This document shows positions 22,101 through 35,485 of a stretch of DNA of 35,886 nt, one piece after another. The DNA comes from Spirogloea muscicola. Lineage: Eukaryota. The stretch is taken from positions 382,627 through 418,512 of the forward strand of contig WELB01000032.1 in NCBI GenBank assembly GCA_009602725.1. The letters are read 5' to 3'. The translations under genes were made by a program, and so were the position numbers. The notes beneath the pieces are model-generated. The model ran no database searches. It was given only the letters and a program-made list of their open reading frames with translations, and had not been told where the DNA came from. Within the stretch, counting starts at the first letter, position 1. Every line of letters begins with the position of its first letter.

Positions 22101-24828
22101 TGCATGAGAATTGTACAAGTTGTCAGATTGGACTCCTAAGTCTCATCAACCTTGAGCAGGTACATGACTACAGGAGATGGCATTGGAAAGCGCACCATTC
22201 TGGAGGAGGTAAGATGCTGGACGCTGCAGTCGGTCATTACGTCTATCACGTGTTGGTCTGTCTACTAGTTCCATGTGGTTCCAGGTGGGACCCAAAACAC
22301 GGTCTTTACAGAGTGTAATGAGGCCTGCTTCGTTCATATGCTGATAGAAAGGGCATGCTTGGGGCTGGCCAGTTATTGTCTCCTATGACAGGTAAAATCA
22401 TGGTGGAAGAAGTGGAGCTCACGGCGGAGGAGATGGCATCTTACTCAGACGATCATGGCTTGCCTTCCAGTCCGCACACCTTCCGACGACTCATGTTCCT
22501 CCGTAATCCGAACCTGATACAATCTGAGGCACTTGTCATAGGCAGTTCACAGGTGAGCAGATCCTTGTAGCTGCAGGCACAAATTGCATGGAAAGACAAC
22601 ACACATAAAGAGGCCTGTAGATTTCAGATTCCCCTGCAGTTAACTTTTGAGGCAATTTCCACTTCAGAGCACTTATGCCCTCTATTGCAGGTGGCAGTTT
22701 CTTCTTCAGCAAAGCTTTCCAGACAGACAAGTGGAGGCCAAGCAGGGAGGGGAAAAAGGAAGGGGGCCAAAAAGGAGAACCAGCGATCTCCAGACCTGCC
22801 ACCACCGGCCGGTGCAATCTCATCCGAGAAGAAAGTCGACCACAGTCACTTGGGAAGCAAATACCATGCTGCCATGGTAGCCGGCCTCTCCTTGATCGAG
22901 CCAGAACTCTCTGTTCGGTTCTCCAAAGGCGAGAAGGTGGGCATGACCAATAAAAGTGTCTGTCTTTCTTCTGACTTCTCATCTGGAGCTATTTTGAATT
23001 TGCAATGCACTGCCTCGTTCCTGTTGTTGTACACACTCAAGATCTACTTAGACCTTGAGTGTGTACAAAACTCCCGTCTGTGTCCATGCTCTTCAGCAGT
23101 ACACTTACACTTGCTCCCTGGAAATTACAGGTCAATGCACTTGTAGTTGGCCTTGGTGGAGGAGCTCTACCAATGTTTCTTCATCAGCATTTGCCATTTG
23201 ATGTCAAGGTACTTCTCCTTCATGGACAAGGTTGATCTAGCAGCTAATCAGCACAACCAGGTAGGCACTCATAGGTGCTGCTTGCCCAGTGCTTGATGGC
23301 CCAGTTTTGTCGTGATTCTAATAGCTGTTGGCCGTTTTCCAGGTCGTGGAACTAGATGGCGTGATCGGCCAACTTGCCAGCCGACACTTTGGCTTCCTTG
23401 AGGACGACAGGATGAAGGCATGTAAAAAGCTTGAGTCACCGCACTTAAGTTTGATCCAGTTAGAGCTGGATGCGTGTGGCTTGTCAGGTAGTTGCCAGTA
23501 CATGTCGATCTCATCCAACTTGTGTACAGAAGCACCAGGCGTGATGAGTAATTTGAGTTGGCATATATAGGTGCCACATGTACTGCTTAGACACAAAAGC
23601 TTTTGGATAATTTTGACAACGGGCTCATTGAGCTATCTTTCAGCTTGTCGTGGGAGATGGAGTTGTTGCGATTCACGAGCTTGCCCAGTGGAGCCGAAAG
23701 TACAGGGATGGCGCCTCAGCAGAGACACATGTCCCCACCAAGAACAATGTGGATTCCGCCACATTGAGCGAGCTTACCATCAGCCCACAAGAAGTGGATG
23801 GCGCAGCCGCAGTAGGAGATGAAGAGCTCACTGATCTTGATCACAGACCCAAATCTCAGGTACTCGATTTGGGAGGCGGCAGCTGTGAGGAGAGGCTACA
23901 CGTCCTTATAGTGGACGCCGATGCTGAAGATCCGAGGCAAGAATCTCTCTAGTCCCTTGGGCAGGGGTGTGCATGTTGGGATTGAAAAGTTGACGGTTTG
24001 GGCCCGCAGTGTGCTCATTCAGTAATGTCTTCATTCTCGCTCCTCAGAAGCATAGTGGTGTGAGGAATAACAGGAATGTGAGGCAGGATCGTGACACAAA
24101 AGCAGGAACATGTTAGATGTGAAGAGGCTTCAGTATAGGGCAAGGTACCTGATAATTTGCACCATAGCACGTACATCCAAGAATTGTCATCTGACCCTGT
24201 GTAAATTTCAACTCCTTGAGTTGTGCAGCCTGGGCATGAGCTGCCCTCCACACGTTTTTCTTGAAGAGTCATTCCTAACTGCTGCTAGAGCAGCGCTGCT
24301 TGATGGCGGTCTGCTTGCCATCAATGTTGTGTCACGGGCTGGAGCACCTTCAGCTGACGTGGTAGACATGCTCTGCAGAGTAAGTGACACCACTGCCATG
24401 CTGCAGTTGCAAGGCAGGTAAAGGAGCTTCAGAACCAACAAAGATGTGGCAGAATGTGGCAGGCCAGATGAACATTTGCGTCAGCACTGGCTGTTCATTA
24501 GAGGCACCTTGTATGCCTGCTGGCCTTTGGCATAGTTGTTGTTCGATTGACCTGTGAACCAGAATCCGCAATCTCCTTTGACTGTGGTCTTTGCCCTCCT
24601 GGTCAGCTGTTTGCCGAGGTTTACATCACGGACGTTGACAAAGATGTCAACCGCATCCTTTTCGCGCTTCCCAGGGCGTCAAGGTCCTCCATGTCAGCTG
24701 AAACGTTGTGCAAGGCGGCCAAGCAAGTGATGGCTTTGGGAGCAAGGCATGCACCTTGGAGCAAAGGCCCAGATCTCTCAGGCTATGCAAAGAAGTTCAA
24801 GAAGCTGGGGTCGTCCCCTACATTATAG
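19186..24828 (+). CDS. METTL13: eEF1A lysine and N-terminal methyltransferase (METTL13-like dual SAM-dependent methyltransferase)
   Basis: 15 exons: 19186-19512, 19970-20077, 20410-20479, 20880-21076, 21235-21513, 21655-21786, 21961-22028, 22160-22208, 22373-22552, 22691-22936, 23131-23208, 23343-23417, 23644-23936, 24229-24379, 24607-24828 (TAG). Motifs: FRSKQFWETFF..FEWY, ILVAGCGNSELS, DKGGLDAL, QGREHEYIF, RRLMFLRNPNLIQSEA, ALVVGLGGGALPMFL, GMSCPP. An extra upstream exon cannot be excluded. Confidence 0.93.
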
Positions 24829-26254
24829 CCAACAATTTAGAATGACAAGCTCCTAAAGGAGGGGGTGGCAACATCTAGAGGTGTTGTCGTCATTGCGACC
24901 AGGCACGATCTCATTCACCTCCTCTTCCTCGACAGGTAGACTCAAGCCTCAATTGGCTCCATGTTCTAGTTTGAGGTGCAGAAGGGAAGCCCCTTGAAGC
25001 CTGTCCATAAGAGATGGACCACTTTCTCCTGCTTTCTGTAAGGGACAGTCGCTGGCAATGTTGGAGGGAGCGTCAAAGTGCGCCATGCCACAGACATTCC
25101 CTCAGGGCAGCTGTCCATAGCTCTTCAGCGTCCCCCTAGGCCATGCTCTACTCCTTTCTACAGGCTAGCGAGCTTTCCTCAGCTGTTTGATCAAGCCATT
25201 GTGTCTAGCACTTACTGCACTTCCAGTGGAGCTCGCGTAATCCATTGTTGAGCCTATATGGCTATTTGAGGGCATAAGGTGGCAATTTTGTGCTCAGGCT
25301 CAAGGGCCTGTCTGTCCACCAGACACGAGATTCTTGCTGTGAATGACAATGGTTCTCTGTCAAGAGGCCGTTTGAAGCAACAGAAGAACTGGCAAATCGT
25401 GGGCTTTGGTTACGAAGTATCTTCTGATATTGTAGTGGGCTCAGCCACCCAGCCATTAGCAAAGACTGGTTACCAACTTCGTGTGATCATTGACCGTTTA
25501 CAATGGGGACGCAGCGAACCTAAGTCTGCTTGGGGTACCCAGTCCTGCGATGGGCCTTTTGCATGAATCTGTGAGTGCGGAATTTAAACTTTTCATGTAC
25601 TTGCATATACAATGTACTGGCTTACGTTGGCCACCCTTTCATTTCATGTGCATTGCGCGCCTTCTCTCTCTTTGTTGAGACGATATAACAGCCGCCATTA
25701 GGGGGCACGGCCAGTCAGGGTGGCCCCTGCAATTTTCGGCCCCAGGGTTTGGGTGGCGAGAGGCTGACGAGATTGCCCATTGAGAAGCACCAAGCGCTGT
25801 GCTGTAAGAAGACAGCAGGTACTGAGGATGGCCAAAGCGGCCAGTACTGAAGCAAGTACTTTCTACAATGTAGGCCGCCTCTACCAACATGCTTTGTAGC
25901 TGTGAAGGGTCAGCGCACAGAAGTTGCTAACTAATGCCCAAACACAGGACAGCAGTTTTCAGGCCCACTTGCCACCAACTAGAGCTCAATCAGCTTACGG
26001 GTGCAGACAAGTGGGCCTGGAAGAGCTGCAGACAAAGTTACATGAAGCGGTGCAAGATAAAAGAGTGTTGCTGCCGGCAAGCCCATCTCGGTGGAAGCAT
26101 ATCTCCACAACATCCATAAACTAGGACGGCGTTCCACTCGAAAGCAAGGTGTAGAAAGGATCTCCACAAAAATATGTGTCAATTGCGACTAACAGGGGTC
26201 AATGATCATCAGTAACGGGAGCCAGAAGACTCTCAGACACTTCACATTACAGGT

Positions 26255-28066
26255 TCATGTGCGTTCCTTTGCATGTTCTGATTGTAGTGGATCTCCGTTT
26301 GAGCCGCCTGCCACATACTCCTCATCCTGCCGTCGCGACCCACAAACGAGACGAGCTGTTTGGCCTTCCCCAGCTCCTAGAGGAACCTCGTAGCGCAGCC
26401 GGAAGGGGTCATGGTAGCCTGTTCACAGTAACGAAGCCACTCCTTCAGGCAAGGAACGACTAACAAGCTGTCAGGCATTGTCAGATACAGTAGCCAGACA
26501 AAAGTAGGCGGTGTCCAGTGGAGTTGAGCTACTAAGCTGCAAATAGGTTGCTCTGCCCATGGCAGTGAGAGCCATGCATGCCATAATGCTCGTGTCCTGG
26601 AATCTTCGATCTCATGCAGATTGGATCTGCACCAACCCTTCCCACTGCTATTGCCACTCGTACTGGCGTGCAGGTGCATGCTCATCATCCCGTACCCCCT
26701 CGGCTAATGAGGCAGACGTGGTCAACGGTAAACTCCAGGGGCTGCCAGGCAGACGTAAGCTCCACCAATGCCAGCTGCACCTCCTTGGCGCTTCGCCACT
26801 GCGGGTGTAATGAGAGTGCATGAGCATGAGGACAGTCGACCCCTATGCTCTCCAAGCGATGGAAACCAGCAGGTAATGACGCGGTGCTGTATGCCCACTG
26901 TCCACGAGCCACCCACGCCATTGGGTGAGATATGGCCCTCTGCATAGCGCGGACTTCCACTGCTTACCATATAGTATCTTGAACATAGGCATCATCATCT
27001 TTTTCTCCTGACATCACAATTTAAAGCAGCAGGTCGTTCAAGCACAGATACAGCAGCGCATGCCACATTGAGCCGCTTGTGGGCGTACCTGGCCCAGAGA
27101 TAGGTGGGGCTGGAACTTAGAGCTGATCACGGAGCTGAGGTCGTTGCAGGCTGGGAATGCGGTCTCGAGGGCCCTCTGCACGTCCAGCAGCGCCTGGTTG
27201 TTGCCAGGATCCAGCCACAGCGTGCAGCTCCTACAGAAACCACAGACGCGCAGGACGAACTCTGATGCTACTCCCCTCGGCCACAGATTGACATGCCACA
27301 TATTGCGAGCTCGTTACGTGCCCAATGCTCCCATCCTGCAATGGTCAGCGCTGATAACCGAGAGAACTTGGCCAGTATATCAGCCTCTGAGACACGAAGA
27401 TGCAACCCCACGACGTGAGAGCTCACCCAGGACCCACCACGTCTACAGCCAGAAGAAGTGCAGGTGAGCCCCCGCCGGGCACGGGCGGGGGCCAGCAGCC
27501 CACCGGTGGTGCTGGAAGAAGCCGAAGGAGGTGAGGCGCAGCAGGAACGGCGGCACGCCCACCAGAGCGGCCGTCTGCAGGCGGCGGCGCCACGAGCATT
27601 CTGCCGCAGGTTGAAGGCGGGCAAGGCCTTTCTCCGCAGCTCGGAGAGCACCCGAGATGGGCGCAAGGACAGGGCTCCAAGAAATGAGCGCGCAGGACGG
27701 CAGCTGAAACGCAAGGTCCAGAACGTCGCAAGCAGTGCAGGCACAAGATGGCGGTCTAGGGTTCCGAGGGCGAGTGCCAGGAGCCCAGTGGCGCGACGTA
27801 AGAAGCGGCTCATTGGCGGGCGCGGTGGCGGCACTGGCGGCGAGCCGTCCGCCACAGAGCCGCAGAGAGTCGCGCCGCCGCGTCATAAGGAGAGCCCCTG
27901 AGCGCGAGCGCGGAGCTTTCCGGTGAGCCCAAGCTTGCGGCCTCACCGCGCGGGCCGCTGCGGCGTCGAAGCAGGCGCCGCCGCCGCCGCCGCCGCCGCA
28001 GCCGCCGGTGGCGTCCTCGTGGAACGGGTAGAGCAGGTTGATGTGCGGCATCCACCGCCGGAAGTG
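26255..28066 (-). CDS. 2H-phosphoesterase (LigT/2'-5' RNA ligase-like, LENG9-type) protein; first exon(s) hidden in the gap
   Basis: Phase-compatible exons 28066-27947, 27574-27504, 27230-27089, 26798-26696, 26418-26255 (TGA). Two His motifs, RRWMPHINLLYPF and FQPHLSLGQ, plus TLWLDP and LISRGGYHDPFRLRYEVPLG. Confidence 0.8.
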
Positions 28067-28141
28067 CTGCGCCAGGCGGCGGCTGCGGCGGCTCAGGCCC
28101 GCCCCGTAGAGGCGCCGGCGACGGCAGCGACGGCGGCGGCG

Positions 28142-28926
28142 NNNNNNNNNNNNNNNNNNNNNNNNNNNNNNNNNNNNNNNNNNNNNNNNNNNNNNNNNNN
28201 NNNNNNNNNNNNNNNNNNNNNNNNNNNNNNNNNNNNNNNNNNNNNNNNNNNNNNNNNNNNNNNNNNNNNNNNNNNNNNNNNNNNNNNNNNNNNNNNNNNN
28301 NNNNNNNNNNNNNNNNNNNNNNNNNNNNNNNNNNNNNNNNNNNNNNNNNNNNNNNNNNNNNNNNNNNNNNNNNNNNNNNNNNNNNNNNNNNNNNNNNNNN
28401 NNNNNNNNNNNNNNNNNNNNNNNNNNNNNNNNNNNNNNNNNNNNNNNNNNNNNNNNNNNNNNNNNNNNNNNNNNNNNNNNNNNNNNNNNNNNNNNNNNNN
28501 NNNNNNNNNNNNNNNNNNNNNNNNNNNNNNNNNNNNNNNNNNNNNNNNNNNNNNNNNNNNNNNNNNNNNNNNNNNNNNNNNNNNNNNNNNNNNNNNNNNN
28601 NNNNNNNNNNNNNNNNNNNNNNNNNNNNNNNNNNNNNNNNNNNNNNNNNNNNNNNNNNNNNNNNNNNNNNNNNNNNNNNNNNNNNNNNNNNNNNNNNNNN
28701 NNNNNNNNNNNNNNNNNNNNNNNNNNNNNNNNNNNNNNNNNNNNNNNNNNNNNNNNNNNNNNNNNNNNNNNNNNNNNNNNNNNNNNNNNNNNNNNNNNNN
28801 NNNNNNNNNNNNNNNNNNNNNNNNNNNNNNNNNNNNNNNNNNNNNNNNNNNNNNNNNNNNNNNNNNNNNNNNNNNNNNNNNNNNNNNNNNNNNNNNNNNN
28901 NNNNNNNNNNNNNNNNNNNNNNNNNN
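28142..28926. other. Assembly gap (785 N) expected to contain the 5' ends and shared upstream region of two divergent genes
   Basis: N run flanked by GC-rich sequence; both neighbouring genes point away from it and lack a visible start codon. Confidence 0.9.
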
Positions 28927-28954
28927 CGCGGCGCCCCTGGCGCGGCCCCCGTAG

Positions 28955-31900
28955 GCCCTCCTGCCCTGCCTCCTCGCGGCGGCTGGCCCCGGCGCCAAGG
29001 AGACGGACGAGGCCGCGGCACTGGCGCCGCCCTTGCCTGAAGCTCGCCCGCATCGCAAGCGCGCCAGGATCGCCAAGCCGGCCGCTGCGCTGCTGCCACA
29101 GCCGCCGCCGCCGCCAACACCGTCGCGGCCGCCTCCGCCGCCGCCGCCGCTGCCGACGCCTGAGGGAGGCCTGGGAAGTGGCGCCCTGCTGCAGCAGCCA
29201 GCCGAGGACGTGACGCTGGCGGCGCTGGTGGACCGCCTCGTCGCCTGGATGGCCCGCATGCACCGGCTCTTCGGCCACTCCTCCAAGGTCAGCCGCGGCA
29301 GCACCATCACCTTCCCAATGTGCGCTCGCTTGCATCAGTTGCGAGCGCCGGCCAGCTGCCGTCGGGCAACGTGGGTGACGCGGCGAGCTTGCTGGGCGCG
29401 GCGGCCTGGAGGCAGACGTTGCAGAGCCTGGTGGCCGAGGCGCGGCACAGGAAGGAGCACGACCACGCGGGCCTGGAGCGCCTGCGCCGCCAGCTGCTGA
29501 CGCGGGGCCTCGCGCCCGAGGAGCTCCGCACTCCCGACATCCGCAACTCACTCCTCGAGCTCCTCGTCCTCATCCTGCGCGACGTTGACCACACCAAAAG
29601 CCACAAGGTGCAGCGTGGCACGCCCTCCTCCATGAGTCCGCCTGGCTCGGCACGCCGCGCGCATTCGAGGATGCCAGCCAGCGGGGCGCCACCACGAGCA
29701 GCCCGGGTACACTGACCACAGCACTCTTGTGTGCCAGCCGACCAAGGAGGAGCTCATCGCACTCTTCGTGAAGAGGAAGTGCCCCGCCAAGAATTACGCC
29801 TGCAACTTGGAGGCGGTGGCCATGGAGGGCAGTGGCAGCGGCTCAAGCGCCAGCGCCGGCACCTGCAAGCGGTGCACCTGCAGCAAGTGTGCGGCTTGCT
29901 CCGGATTCTGCAAGGAGTGCCTCTGCACGGTCTGCAGCGAGCCCCTTGGCACCTGTGCAGACGAGGGCGCTATGCGGTGCGGGCACGTGGCAGATGCCAA
30001 GCCTCGGGCACGGTGTCAGCTGGGCACAGCTGGAGCCAGCGGTGCCGACGCGCTGCTGCAACTGGAGCCATGCGGGCACGCTTGGCACGCAAGCTGTGCC
30101 CTGGAAGGCGGCCGTGCCGGCGTTGTGCCTGGGGCAGGCCTGGACGGCTAGCTCCTGTGCAGCAGGTGCGGCTGGCGCAGCGACCTGTCGGGTTACTGGC
30201 AGGAGCGCTTGCTCCTGGCCATGAAGACCGGCAGCCTGTCCCAGTTGCACGCACAGGTGGCACTGGCATGCTGGGTCTTGCGCGGCACTGCCAGGCAGCC
30301 CTTTCCGCAAGCGCAGCTCCACCTTGAAGTCCTGCTGCAGCGGCTCGACGAGGGCGGCAATAGCGGCTGCCGTGGCAGCACCGCGGCGACGACGACGTCG
30401 CTGGCGGATGCCAAGCTTGCTCTAAGCTGGATTGTCGAGGACGCCACAAGCGTTGCCGGTGGGCCGCGTCCATGAAGTGGCTGCCGCATTGCTGGGGATC
30501 TTGTGGGCTTAATCATCGTCTTTGCCTCGCAGCACCCTCTTTGGCGGCTCAATGGTCGTAGGCACCCGTGATCGCCCTATTCTGTCATAGGGGGAGCTTG
30601 CAGCTTATATCTGCTCTACATATATGTTGGTTGGCAGTGCCGCTCGAGAAGCTGGAGCTTTGCAGGCTCGCTCAATTGCTTTTGCAGCGTGAGCGGGAGC
30701 AGGCACGGCTCCGCGAGGCCACTGAGATGGCCGTATGTGAGGAGTCCAGGGAGCGGGAGTGGGAACAGGAGGGATCTGATCCGCAGCTGCTCTTTGTCGA
30801 GAGACACAGCACAAGGGAGGTGGTGCAGGCAGACGAAGCTGCAGAGAGGCAGATGCCATTGCCTGCGGATCTGAAGGCCGCTCCCACCAACTTGGCAGAC
30901 TCTGCAGGAATTGTCGTAGGCCAGCCCCAGGACTTCAAGCGACCACTGCACGCCTCCTTGTCTACGGAGCATACAGTGGTCCCCGGCCTGACCTCTAAGT
31001 CAGTGCCAACTTCTGATAGGTATCATTTATCCTGTGAGCGTCAGATGGGCTTGTGCTGTGAGCGAAACTTGTCGGTCTAGAACAAGGAAGCACAATGTGC
31101 TGCTTGTGCAAGCATAGTGAGGGCCATACATGCAGCTGCAGAAGCACATGTCTGGCTAGACATCGTGCATCTTCAAAGTCTTCTGCTTGTGCTGACGTTG
31201 ACCGAGAATCCAATGGCAGGAATGAGGTTGCCTTCCAGGGTCAGGAGCAATTTGCGATGGAGAGCAGCGACCAGGCCGGCAGGCTGATGAGCGTGCAGGC
31301 CTCCACGACGCAGGACGCGGAGCACTCCGCCGCTGTTGATGCTCCAGTCGTCCCGGACGCCGTTGCCCGCGAGGAGCTTGAGGGTGCTGAGCACAGCCAA
31401 GGGCGAGCTGTGGTGGCTGCACGCGCTGCGGTGGAACGGATGGCCCAGCGTGCCAAAGAGGAGAGTCAAGCTGCCGAGCGGGCTGCAGAGGACGCGCGCA
31501 TCGTGGAGCTGACGGCGCGGCGGGCTGCAGAGGCAGCGAAGGAAAAGAAGGCGCGAGCGGCAGCCGCAAGGGCAGCGGCGGAGGCGGCCCTGGTGGAGGC
31601 CAAGGCTGTGGAGGCGGCCGAGCAGGAGCGGCTGGAGGGTGCAAGGCGCGACATCTACGCCCGCGCACTGGACCGCGTCTTGGAAGGCCAGCTGTTGTCG
31701 AGGCCGCTGAAGTGCTCAGTCTCCAGCACCTTGCCCAATGGCGGGGCGCCCGACGACGTTCACAACGCCCCGTTCAAGCTGCAGCCTCTGTCTGCCATGG
31801 CCTCGGTTGACGAGTCGGCACAGGCTGTCGACCCTCATCCGCAGCGGGATGTCATGGGTGCGGCTGAGAGCCAGGCATCTGCGACAATGGCGGCTGGGCT

Positions 31901-32909
31901 CGCAGTGCCGCTCTTTGCAGCGTGTGCTGCTCCTTGCAGCGTGTGGTTGGGCCCACCTGGAGTGCACAGCATCGGTGCCAGCGGCACAGCCGTCATGGAG
32001 AAGGAGGAGGCTGCTGCACTGGACGTTTCGCAGGCCCCAGTGCTGTCGGAGGCCAAGAAGCAGTGTGCCGGGGGCGATGGCGAGTTCGTGGCCATCACGA
32101 CGAGCCTCAGCTCCTGCGATGCCGGCAAGAAGCGGCGGCGGCGGCGGCGAGACCGCTCCGACCAGGGCTCAGAGGAGGTGGTGACCGAGTCTGTGAGTGA
32201 ACAGGCTGCGGCCGCAATGTCCAAGAAGGACCCATTGAAGGCGGAGAGCGGCTCGACGGCCATGAGCCGTGCGGACATCCTAGCTGTGCAGGAGGCGGTC
32301 ATGCGGCGCTACTTCCCAGTGCACATGACGTGCGCCGTGGCGTTCCGGGTGATGGCAGTGGCCGTGGTGGCATGCCGCTTTGGCGCCGACTGGCGCATCG
32401 CGCTGTGCAGGCGCAAGGGCAAGGGCTTCCGGCTGCAGCTCCCGACGACTGGCCTGGAGGTGGCGCTGCGGCCCGGCGGGGCCTGGCGGCCTGCCGACGC
32501 CGACCTGCTGCCGCTGGCCCGTCAGCTGGCCGTTGGGACGCTGGGCCTGGCCGTCGCCGAGACCAGCGCCGCCGTTGCCCTGCCGCCGGGCTTCGCCGAG
32601 CCGATGCGCTTGGGCGAGGACCAGCGCGACGGCTCGCTGCTGGGCGCCCTCGTCTACCCGCTGCTGGTCTCGGAGGCTGGCGGCGACGCCCATCTGCGGA
32701 CCAGCTACGAGCACGGCGGCAACTTCATCACCTGGTGCCGCGCCGACGCGCTGATGCTGGTCGTGCGCGACGTGCCGCAGAAGTTCTCGGCCGCCTTCCC
32801 CCGCGTCCTCAAGTGCCTGGACCTGCTCATGCGCGGGCCGCCCCTCAGTGGCTGGCCCGTCCAGGAGCTGCTGGGCGCCGACGTCGTTGCACCTGACATC
32901 CTCGGTTAG
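28955..32909 (+). CDS. OBERON/VIN3-type PHD-finger protein with coiled coil, NLS and C-terminal Nudix-like domain; contains one in-frame TAG (possible pseudogene or sequence error)
   Basis: Phase-compatible exons 28955-29287, 29356-29607, 29738-30458, 30638-31019, 31220-32909. LIALFVKRKC..NYAC...CTCSKC...SGFCKECLCTVC...CGHAWHASCAL....AGVV....LDG*LLCSRCGWRSDLSGYWQERL...LRGT matches the recalled PHD_Oberon pattern. TAG at 30149-30151; A/E/R-rich helix at ~31400-31690; KKRRRRRR at ~32128-32150. Confidence 0.72.
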
Positions 32910-33979
32910 CATCCTCCTCGTCGCAAGAACCACCATGCCTGATCCTGTCAATTGACTGTGGAGATCCATGGGAAACCCCACCAGCCGCTCGCTGGCCCGA
33001 ACGAAGTGTCAGCCAGCTTGTGCAGCAGCCTGCTGGTATGCCGCGCCAGTCCAGCTGGTGCCCAAGCTAGGCCAGACCTGAACATTGCACGCAGTGGCCC
33101 TTGCAATCTTCTACCCGCGAGGGTCTCGGCCATGTACATAGCTACGCACGCCTCTCAAGCGGAGACTGTGAGCATGCTGCTCCGCTGCTCAATCCACTTC
33201 TATGTCGTGGTTTTGACACATTGGCCTTTGATCAGAATCTACAGCTGCACGCTCCAACACAGCACACGATTTCTTCTGCAGCAGCCAGTCTCGCTTGCCA
33301 AGCTTGAGTTTTGTTGGCACCTGAGGACCTCAACCGTTGCCTTGATGCAAAATTATCTTGCATGTATTTGCATCAAGTAGTCAACACCACACCCATCAGC
33401 ATGTCAATGTGCCAAACAGTAACAACAACAATTTTCCTTAGTCTCCAAGATTACAATCAAGCAACTGAGGGGTATTGAAGACTGCAAAGAGCCGTCCAAA
33501 TTCGGACGCATTCTCCACCATCCTCCAGCAAGGATCATGAGAGCAATGTATCATGTACGTTGGTGTCCTGTTATGAAGCATGTGTCCTAGGGCTGGCGAG
33601 CAAGGAGCACGAAGGGGTCATTCCTACAGCAAGCATCTAATTGTTTACAAGTCTCTTACCACAGCTGCAAAGGCCACCCCCTGCTCGACTAGGACTGTAT
33701 TCAAGTCAATCAGCAAACATTTGGCGGCCAACCAATGTCGTCAAATCCCAACTTACTGCCAACAATGTTCTGACAAGACACAGCCCCATGTCTTGTACTC
33801 GACTCTTGTACCGGCACAGGCTCATTATATTCATCGCACTATGGAAGGCGCTTGCGAGTCAATGGTGCACAGATGATACTACAGGCAAGTCCTGGCAAAG
33901 ACCAGGCCATGCAGGTGCTGGTAAGCCACAGCTGCTGGGTTGAGGAGCAATGAATGAGCAGAGTAGCTGTAATCAACAA

Positions 33980-35485
<1,506 letters not shown>

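Noticed and set aside
27443..29551. Very long ORFs (702, 436, 405 and 343 aa) in the ORF track
   Set aside because: They are open only because they run through 785 N.
30149..30151. Nuclear genetic-code reassignment (TAG/TAA = Gln, as in some ulvophyte algae) as the explanation of the in-frame TAG
   Set aside because: No other in-frame TAG/TAA appears in the reconstructed exons of the other six genes, and METTL13 appears to end on TAG at a plausible position.
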